Shown here in pieces: positions 57,279 through 64,000 of a DNA stretch of 64,000 bases. The notes beneath the pieces were generated by a model. The model worked only from the letters and a program-made list of their open reading frames with translations. It was not told where the DNA came from and did no database searches. This DNA comes from Turneriella sp. (GTDB taxonomy: Bacteria > Spirochaetota > Leptospiria > Turneriellales > Turneriellaceae), in assembly GCA_965279515.1 (NCBI GenBank), contig CBDIID010000003.1, positions 3,008,001-3,072,000 of the forward strand. The letters are read 5' to 3'. Each line of letters opens with the position of its first letter. The stretch's first letter is position 1. A program made the position numbers and the translations under genes.

Positions 57279-58196
57279 ATGCCAATTATGGACAAAATTG
57301 CAGCCATCAAAACCTTTGTGCGCGTCGCCGAGCTCGAAAGTTTCAGCCAGGCCGCCGAGAGTTTGAACCTCGCGAAGGCCTCGGTCACCATCACGATTCA
57401 GGCGCTCGAAACCTTGCTGGGCACAAAACTTTTGGAGCGCACGACGCGTAGCGTGCAGCTCACTTCAGAAGGAAAAACTTTTCTCGAGCGCAGTAAGGAT
57501 ATTCTCAGCGACCTGGAAGATATGGAAACGATGTTTGCCAGCGATGGTGCACAAATCACGGGAAAAATCCGCGTCGACATGACGGGCCCGATGGCGAGAA
57601 ACACGGTGATTCCCCGGCTGCCCGAATTCTTAAAAAAATATCCCGGAATTGAAGTCGAACTCAGCAGCACCGAGAGGCGTGTCGACCTTATCCGCGAAGG
57701 CATCGACTGCGTCGTGCGGGGCGGTAAGTACAGCGAACCGGGGCTGGCGGAACGACCGCTCGGCGAACTGATGCAAGTGAATGTCGCCAGCGCGTCTTAC
57801 CTTGCGGCCTACGGCACGCCCAAAAACCTGGCGCAATTGAAATCACATAAGCTGATTTTTTTTCATCCCATTCTGGGTGCACCACAGCATGGTTTTGAAT
57901 ATTTTGACGGCGAAAAATACCGCGAGATCAAAATGGGGGGATTTATTTCCGTGAATAGCGCTGATTCGTATAAGGCAGCCTGCCTTGCAGGTCTCGGCAT
58001 CTGCCAGACTCCGCACATTGCGGTGGTGAACGAACTGAAGTCGGGCAGTCTTAAAGAAATCCTGCCGGAATTCAGGGCGGAACCTATTCCGCTGAAACTG
58101 GTTTATCCGCAGCGCCGCATGCTTGCCAAGCGCGTCCGCGTGTTCATCGACTGGTTAGAGCCGGTGCTGAAGCGGCAGCAAGGTTCTGTCTGTTGA
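57279..58196 (+). CDS. LysR-family regulator (CrgA-like)
   Basis: FVRVAELESFSQAA..LLERTTRSVQLT; VDLIREGIDCVVR; divergent from the SDR/AKR genes. Confidence 0.95.
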   Translation: MPIMDKIAAIKTFVRVAELESFSQAAESLNLAKASVTITIQALETLLGTKLLERTTRSVQLTSEGKTFLERSKDILSDLEDMETMFASDGAQITGKIRVDMTGPMARNTVIPRLPEFLKKYPGIEVELSSTERRVDLIREGIDCVVRGGKYSEPGLAERPLGELMQVNVASASYLAAYGTPKNLAQLKSHKLIFFHPILGAPQHGFEYFDGEKYREIKMGGFISVNSADSYKAACLAGLGICQTPHIAVVNELKSGSLKEILPEFRAEPIPLKLVYPQRRMLAKRVRVFIDWLEPVLKRQQGSVC

Positions 58197-58330
58197 CCCG
58201 ATAGTGCAAACAATATGATCTGACCCGGTTCGCGTTTTAGTTTCCGGACCTCGGCGACAAGGTCGTCTTGGCCCAGTCTGGGCACCGGCCTTTCACTCGC
58301 GGAAAAAATCTGAATAAACGCAACTTTTTC

Positions 58331-58362
58331 TGGACTCGGGAGTATACTGCAAGGTTTACCTT
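58331..58362 (+). promoter_or_regulatory. MerR-type long-spacer promoter/operator
   Basis: TGGACT-20 nt-TACCTT with a dyad centred on agtatact in the spacer. Confidence 0.6.
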
Positions 58363-58371
58363 GCTCAAACT

Positions 58372-58851
58372 ATGAAACAAAGAATCAATTATCAAACTCA
58401 CATCGCCGATCTCTCCAAATATCTCTATGAAGCCAGCGCAAAACTTAGTGCCGGTAGTTTAAGCCAGACGCTGCTCGACCTGGTTTATTACCGCGTCTCA
58501 CTCATCAACGGTTGCGCCTTTTGCGTCGATATGCACGCTAAAGAGGCCAAGATTCGCGGTGAGCGTGAGCTGCGCCTCTACCATGTGCCAATATGGCAAG
58601 ATTCGCAACTGTTTAACGAAAAAGAACGCGCGGCGTTAAAATGGGCCGATGCAGTCACTTTGATCACCGACGGACACGTTCCCGATGATGTTTACGAGGC
58701 GGTGCATGCGGTTTTATCGGACGCAGAGCTCTCTGAACTGACATTCGCCATTGGCCTGATGAATTTCTGGAATCGCCTGACGATCAGCTTTCGTGTGCAG
58801 CCAGGGTCTGCCGATACGATGCTGAAGTTAGACAGAGCTAACCTCAATTAA
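58372..58851 (+). CDS. Carboxymuconolactone decarboxylase / AhpD-like protein
   Basis: RVSLINGCAFCVDMH, ERAALKWAD, MNFWNR; paralog of 44908..45378. Confidence 0.93.
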   Translation: MKQRINYQTHIADLSKYLYEASAKLSAGSLSQTLLDLVYYRVSLINGCAFCVDMHAKEAKIRGERELRLYHVPIWQDSQLFNEKERAALKWADAVTLITDGHVPDDVYEAVHAVLSDAELSELTFAIGLMNFWNRLTISFRVQPGSADTMLKLDRANLN

Positions 58852-58887
58852 TGTGCATCAGCCCGGCTTCTTTATTGCTCGGGAAAA

Positions 58888-59256
58888 TTAGCGGAGCCTG
58901 GCAGCCTGTCTGCGGAAATCAGAGATGTTTTTCCGCAAACTGCTCTTCACTGTTTTTAAGCCGCTAATCTGTGAATCGACAGATGCTATTTTAGTTTCGA
59001 GAATTTCGATTCCTTTGGCGCAATCGCAGCCATTTTTCTTCATGGAAACTAAAACAGCCAATATCTCGCGCAAGCCAAAATGCAGGGAGCGGAGTTCTTT
59101 GATAAATACCAACCATTTCACATCTTCTTGCGAATAAACCCTGTAATTATTATACTTATTTGATCTCGGCGGTTTCGTGATGAGACCAAAATTCTCGTAG
59201 TAGCGTATCGTATCTTTGGAGATCCCGGTCTGTCGTGCCAGTTCACTGATGCGCAT
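58888..59256 (-). CDS. MerR-family regulator
   Basis: MRISELARQTGISKDTIRYYENFGLI..NNYRVY. Confidence 0.92.
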   Translation of the reverse strand: MRISELARQTGISKDTIRYYENFGLITKPPRSNKYNNYRVYSQEDVKWLVFIKELRSLHFGLREILAVLVSMKKNGCDCAKGIEILETKIASVDSQISGLKTVKSSLRKNISDFRRQAARLR

Positions 59257-59448
59257 TACTGAAAAATAATAAATCGACTCCATACAAACAAAAAATAATC
59301 TCATGAAATATGAAACCATTTTGCCGATCAACTATATATTTCGCTCAACGGGCGGACGCACCATGGGAGGCGAAAAACAGGATCAATGCCACACGACGAC
59401 TATTAGAAGTGACATGCTGCCAGACCTACACATCGGGGTAGCAAAACC

Positions 59449-60240
59449 ATGCGCCGTTTTCTGATTTCCCTCACAGTTGTCATAACCGCTCTTACAGGAG
59501 TGCTTGTTACACTGCGCTGTGCAATTTCCCGGCCGGCGATTTTTCCCGCGCCGAAATTTAAAATCGATCCGCAGCTGCCGGGCGGCGGGATTGTCACTGT
59601 GAAGGGTGAACGCACCGCGTATGGTTATTATGCGAAGGGTGGTAAAAAGCTCGTTGTGTTCTTCCATGGCAACGGCGAGGTGATGGGCTCAATGAGCGAT
59701 CTCGCGGCGAAGATGCTCGCGCAGGGTATGAGCATTCTCATGGTGGAATACCCGGGTTACGGGTATGCCGCAGAATTCAAGGCGACCGAAAAAAATCTCT
59801 ACGATGACGCGGCGGCATTGCTGCAACTCATGCGCGAGCAGTACGGGCATGCAAGCGAAGATACAGTGCTCTGGGGATTCTCTCTCGGCACGGGGGTCGC
59901 CGTCGAAATGGCGGCGCGGAATTTCGGGACGCGGTTAATCCTCATGGCGCCCTTCACCTCTACACCCGATACCGCGCAACACCACCTGTTCTTTGCCGCG
60001 CGTTGGTTGATCGTCGACGATTTTAATAACAAGGCCAAAGCACCGGCTATTCAGATACCAGTACTGATTTTCCACGGCGTAAACGACAGCGTGATTCCCT
60101 TTCGTATGGGAAAAGAATTAGCGTTACTTTTCCCCCGCGCTGAATTTATTCCGGTGGCCGGCGCTGATCACGCCGACCTTTTTATGCATTTGGGGCCTGA
60201 GCCCTGGCAAAAGATCCAGCGCTTCGCCGCGGGTCAGTAA
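59449..60240 (+). CDS. Alpha/beta hydrolase
   Basis: FHGNGE, EYPGYG, GFSLG nucleophile elbow, HGVND, ADH. Confidence 0.92.
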   Translation: MRRFLISLTVVITALTGVLVTLRCAISRPAIFPAPKFKIDPQLPGGGIVTVKGERTAYGYYAKGGKKLVVFFHGNGEVMGSMSDLAAKMLAQGMSILMVEYPGYGYAAEFKATEKNLYDDAAALLQLMREQYGHASEDTVLWGFSLGTGVAVEMAARNFGTRLILMAPFTSTPDTAQHHLFFAARWLIVDDFNNKAKAPAIQIPVLIFHGVNDSVIPFRMGKELALLFPRAEFIPVAGADHADLFMHLGPEPWQKIQRFAAGQ

Positions 60241-60488
60241 GCCGACGTACCGCGGATCGATTTGTTTTCCTGGCGTTTCAGGCAGGTCTGGTAGGTGTTC
60301 TCACAACCGCGGTCGCAGGCGCCGACAGGCTGCGTCGCGAGGCGGGTTTGTGAAAAATTAGCGTTGGTAATCACACATCTCTGCTGGCATTCGGTGTTGT
60401 TCTGTTCGCAGATTTCAGTCATCTTGTCGGTAGATTGGCAGGCGGCCAAAAGGCCGGCGACGAGGGCGATTCCCAGAATACGGTACAT
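60234..60488 (-). CDS. Small Cys-rich lipoprotein
   Basis: Lipobox LLAA-C; six further Cys in two helical segments. Confidence 0.7.
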   Translation of the reverse strand: MYRILGIALVAGLLAACQSTDKMTEICEQNNTECQQRCVITNANFSQTRLATQPVGACDRGCENTYQTCLKRQENKSIRGTSAY

Positions 60489-60560
60489 GCGGATTTCAAC
60501 CGATATCGTATCTGAATCGACAAGCGGTTTCTCTCTCCAACATGGCCCGCCTCCGGCACC

Positions 60561-61433
60561 ATGCAATTTACCGTAAAACAAAACGCCACGCTGATGGATT
60601 TTCTCATGAAGGCGCTCGACGGCAAAAGCCGCACGGGTATCAAAGCCATGCTCGCGAAGCGCCTCGTCTCCGTAGACATGCAGGTCACGACGCAGTTTAA
60701 TCTCACGCTGACTCCGGGCCAGATTGTCGCGATCGGCAAAAGAACAGCCGCCGAACCCGTGACGCTCCACGGGGTGACGATTGTCTATGATGATGACGAT
60801 CTTGTGGTGATCGAAAAAGCCGCCGGGCTTTTGTCGGTACCCACCGACACAGGCAGCGAGAAATCCGCACACAGTATTATTGGTACACACCTCAAGAGGC
60901 TCAACCACAAGTCGCGCCTCTTTATCGTGCACCGCCTCGACCGTGAAACATCAGGCCTCATGATGTTCGTGAAGCATAAAGAAATACAGAGACAACTGCG
61001 CGAAAACTGGCAAGAGAGCATTCTCATGCGCAGCTATGCCGTTGTGGTCGAAGGCGTTGTGGCGAAGGACAAAGGCAAAATTATTTCGTGGTTACAGGGC
61101 ACCGACGGCCTGCGCACCTATTCGAGCCAGGTCGAGGGCGACGGGCAAAAAGCCATTTCGCACTATAAGGTTGTGCGCCGTGGCGAGGCCAATACCTTAC
61201 TCGATGTCGAACTCGAGACGGGCCGCAAGAACCAGATTCGCGTGCATATGCAGGATCTCGGACACCCGGTGGTGGGGGATGACAAATACGGCGCGGCGAC
61301 GAACCCGATCAAACGCCTTGGGTTGCACGCGCAGATGCTGAAATTTTCTCACCCCGTGTCGGGTCAGGCGATGGCGTTTGAGTCAGAGACGCCGAAAGAG
61401 TTTTTGCGGCTGTTCACGGCGCCTAAAAAATAG
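60561..61433 (+). CDS. RluA-family pseudouridine synthase
   Basis: VHRLDRETSGL, LETGRKNQIRVH, VVGDDKYG, LHA. Confidence 0.95.
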   Translation: MQFTVKQNATLMDFLMKALDGKSRTGIKAMLAKRLVSVDMQVTTQFNLTLTPGQIVAIGKRTAAEPVTLHGVTIVYDDDDLVVIEKAAGLLSVPTDTGSEKSAHSIIGTHLKRLNHKSRLFIVHRLDRETSGLMMFVKHKEIQRQLRENWQESILMRSYAVVVEGVVAKDKGKIISWLQGTDGLRTYSSQVEGDGQKAISHYKVVRRGEANTLLDVELETGRKNQIRVHMQDLGHPVVGDDKYGAATNPIKRLGLHAQMLKFSHPVSGQAMAFESETPKEFLRLFTAPKK

Positions 61434-61545
61434 CAGTTTTATTGCGAAATGATCTTCACAGATTTGCGTCAGCTTGTCGGTCGACCGGCGCGCAATAAAG
61501 ACCCAAAGAACTTTGCTTGTCAGCGGCTTTTTCCGGACTTGTTCT

Positions 61546-61965
61546 ATGAAATATCTACACGCCATGGTGCGCGTCCGCAATCTTGAAAAGGCCCTCGCCT
61601 TTTTTAAGGACGCGCTGGGTCTCATCGAAAACCGACGCAAAGATTATCCCGAAGGGCGCTTTACGCTCGTCTATCTTGGTGCGCCAGAAAACCGCGATGC
61701 CGAGGTCGAGCTGACGTATAATTATGACGATGAAGATTACGGTGGATCGCGTAATTTCGGCCACCTGGCTTTCGAGGTCGACAATGTCTACGAGGCCTGC
61801 GAAAAATTACAAAAACATGGTGTGACCATCAACCGCCCGCCGCGCGACGGCCGCATGGCTTTTGTACGTTCACCCGACCAGATTTCCATCGAGCTGCTGC
61901 AAAAGGGAGATCCCTTGCCGCCCGCCGAGCCATGGAAGTCGATGCAGAATACCGGCAAGTGGTGA
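61546..61965 (+). CDS. gloA: Lactoylglutathione lyase (glyoxalase I)
   Basis: [36 protein letters not shown]. Confidence 0.9.
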   Translation: MKYLHAMVRVRNLEKALAFFKDALGLIENRRKDYPEGRFTLVYLGAPENRDAEVELTYNYDDEDYGGSRNFGHLAFEVDNVYEACEKLQKHGVTINRPPRDGRMAFVRSPDQISIELLQKGDPLPPAEPWKSMQNTGKW

Positions 61966-62414
61966 CGGTCAGAAAAGCCGAACGCGGCGATTACCTGGCG
62001 GTAGCTGACCTCGACCGCATGGTCTGGCTTCCATACCCCAACGGCAATCACTTGCCAGATGGCGAGCATACTTGGCGTCATTGGATTGAAGATGCGGTTG
62101 TTGTCGTGCTCTGCGAAGCCGAAGTGATTGCCGGAGCAGCGCTGGCTTTTCCGCGGCTCGATGGTGGTTTCTGGTTGCACAAGATTTTCGTCGCCGCGAC
62201 TCACCGCAAGCAGGGGGGCGGCCGGCTGCTGATGGAGGGCATCCTCACCGAAATCGATAACCATCAGGCGGATTGTTATCTCACGGTGAACCCGGCGAAT
62301 GAACATGCAGTGGCGCTTTACCGTAGTTTCGGCTTCGCCGCAGCTGCCGTGACCGACGGCTATTACCGTAAGGACGAACCCCGCTACGAGATGCGGCGGC
62401 CTAAACTTACTTAA
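61962..62414 (+). CDS. GNAT acetyltransferase
   Basis: [33 protein letters not shown] overlap with the gloA stop. Confidence 0.85.
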   Translation: MTVRKAERGDYLAVADLDRMVWLPYPNGNHLPDGEHTWRHWIEDAVVVVLCEAEVIAGAALAFPRLDGGFWLHKIFVAATHRKQGGGRLLMEGILTEIDNHQADCYLTVNPANEHAVALYRSFGFAAAAVTDGYYRKDEPRYEMRRPKLT

Positions 62415-62772
62415 GCCCGTCGGGCAAGATCAATTCGCCGCTCTCTTTATGAATGCGGATAGCCGGCTCGATATAGGCATTGATCGTCTTATAAGGATAA
62501 CTTTCGCGCGAGACATGGTAGTGCTCGCCCAGGAGAATAATCTGGTCAGCGGCCGGCTTCTTGCACCAGCTCTTGTCGGGCCGCCGTTCGCAGCGCAATC
62601 TGAAAACCGCTTCAAGATGGGGCGCGGCGAGTTTCATCGCCTGCGCGGGTGAGATTTTAGCGCGAGCTGTGCTTTCGTCGCTTGCCGAAACCATTTCGGG
62701 GCTTGCGCAGCCCGACAGTGCTATTAGGAGCACAGCAAAGAGCGTAACAATGTTTAAGCTATAAATCCGCAT
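62407..62772 (-). CDS. Hypothetical lipoprotein
   Basis: Lipobox ALSG-C from ATG 62772. Confidence 0.7.
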   Translation of the reverse strand: MRIYSLNIVTLFAVLLIALSGCASPEMVSASDESTARAKISPAQAMKLAAPHLEAVFRLRCERRPDKSWCKKPAADQIILLGEHYHVSRESYPYKTINAYIEPAIRIHKESGELILPDGLK

Positions 62773-62776
62773 ATGC

Positions 62777-64000
62777 CTACCAGTCGATCGGTTTATAGTC
62801 TTTGAGAAACTTGCCCCAGATATGCTCGCCCGTATTGATGCCATAGAGAAACGGATCGCAGACACGCGCGGCGCCGTCGACGATATCCAGCGGCGGCTGA
62901 AAATCATGCACTTTTTGTTTGAGTTCGGCCAGCTGCGCGGGATCTTCATCGGTGACCCAGCCGGTGTCGACCGCGTTCATATAGATGCCGTCTTTCGCAA
63001 GATCACTCGCCGCGGTGTGCGTCAGCATGTTGAGCGCGGCTTTCGCCATATTCGTGTGCGGGTGGCGGTCTTCTTTTTTGAAACGGTGGAACTTACCCTC
63101 CATCGCCGAAACATTGACGACGTGTTTTTTTCCGGTCAGGTTTTCACGCATGAGGCCGATCAGGCGGTTGCAGAGCACGAACGGCGCGACGGCGTTCACG
63201 AGCTGTAGTTCGAGCATCTCGGCCGTATCGATTTGGCCGAGCTTCAGCCGCCAGCTATTCGTCGTGCGCAGGTCGACCTGCTGCAGGTCGGCGTCGAGCT
63301 TGCCCGTGGGGAAAAGCGGCTCGGCGGGTTTCAGCTCATCGTGGTTGTAGGGTATCTGCGATAGCGCCGCTGACTGCCGTATGCCCACTCCCGGTGCCCG
63401 TTCTTGCCACAGCGCGGGAACAGCAGTGGAAGAAGCCAGCTCGGGCGGCCGTTTCGCCGCCAGCTGATTCTTGCACGCCTCAAAGTCCTCGAGAAGCGCG
63501 CGCGCCTCAGAGGGAATATTTTCTGGTGGCATGAGTTCGGCCGCCATCAGGTGGCTGTAGAATGCCGGCGGCCTGCGCACGGTTTGTGCGGCGTTATTAA
63601 TCAAGAGATCAAGACTCTGGTAACGCGAGATAAAATAATCGCAAAAGATTTCAACGCTCGGCGTGTGCCTGAGATCGAGGCCGTGAATGTGCAGCCGGTC
63701 TTTCCAATGGGGGAAATCCGCCTCTTTGCTGAAGCGTACCGCCGCATCGACGGGAAAACGCGTCGTCACGATCACACGCGCGCCTGACTGCAGCATCATC
63801 AGCGCCGACTGGTAGCCGATCTTGAGGCGCGCGCCGGTGATGAGCGCAGTCATGCCGGTCAGGTCAGCGCGCTGAAAACGTTTCGCATAGTTGAACTCGG
63901 CGCACTCGGGACACATGGCGTCGTAGAAATGATGCAGCTTCACGAACTCGGCTTTGCAGATGTAGCAGTTGCGCGGCGAGGCGAGGTCGGGCTTGTTGCC
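62777..64000 (-). CDS. SDR oxidoreductase with Zn-ribbon-like segment (5' end outside window)
   Basis: [32 protein letters not shown]; the frame is open to the window edge. Confidence 0.92.
   Translation of the reverse strand, partial: GNKPDLASPRNCYICKAEFVKLHHFYDAMCPECAEFNYAKRFQRADLTGMTALITGARLKIGYQSALMMLQSGARVIVTTRFPVDAAVRFSKEADFPHWKDRLHIHGLDLRHTPSVEIFCDYFISRYQSLDLLINNAAQTVRRPPAFYSHLMAAELMPPENIPSEARALLEDFEACKNQLAAKRPPELASSTAVPALWQERAPGVGIRQSAALSQIPYNHDELKPAEPLFPTGKLDADLQQVDLRTTNSWRLKLGQIDTAEMLELQLVNAVAPFVLCNRLIGLMRENLTGKKHVVNVSAMEGKFHRFKKEDRHPHTNMAKAALNMLTHTAASDLAKDGIYMNAVDTGWVTDEDPAQLAELKQKVHDFQPPLDIVDGAARVCDPFLYGINTGEHIWGKFLKDYKPIDW

Overview
Bacterial chromosomal segment, probably a free-living spirochaete of the Leptospiraceae (Turneriella/Leptonema-like). 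This is an inference from the Loa22-like OmpA lipoprotein, DUF1566 and Ig-like lipoproteins, 7TM-DISM-AraC regulators and membrane SpoIIE-TPR proteins. It has about 65 CDSs. Housekeeping genes include carD-PIN/TRAM-ispD, rpmH-rnpA-yidD, an rluA-family gene, gloA and an Hsp20 pair with a CIRCE element. Accessory DNA includes a fused restriction-methylase, three toxin-antitoxin loci (one with a decayed toxin) and many redox/detox genes. Four signals stand out. (1) A ~330-nt structured non-coding RNA (38734-39065) is closed by a long-range helix, contains two non-canonical tRNA-like modules, and sits directly upstream of a slipin/SPFH (band-7) gene with no RtcB/Ro partner nearby. (2) A repeated module of palindromic operator, CsgG/TolB-like plus beta-barrel protein and surface lipoprotein cargo lies between two 7TM-DISM-AraC sensors (1-11669). 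(3) A MITE appears to supply the start codon of rnpA, whose 3' end also carries 60-bp tandem repeats. (4) A solitary integron-like cassette encodes a HEPN-motif protein. All calls come from reading the sequence by eye; no database searches or folding programs were run.
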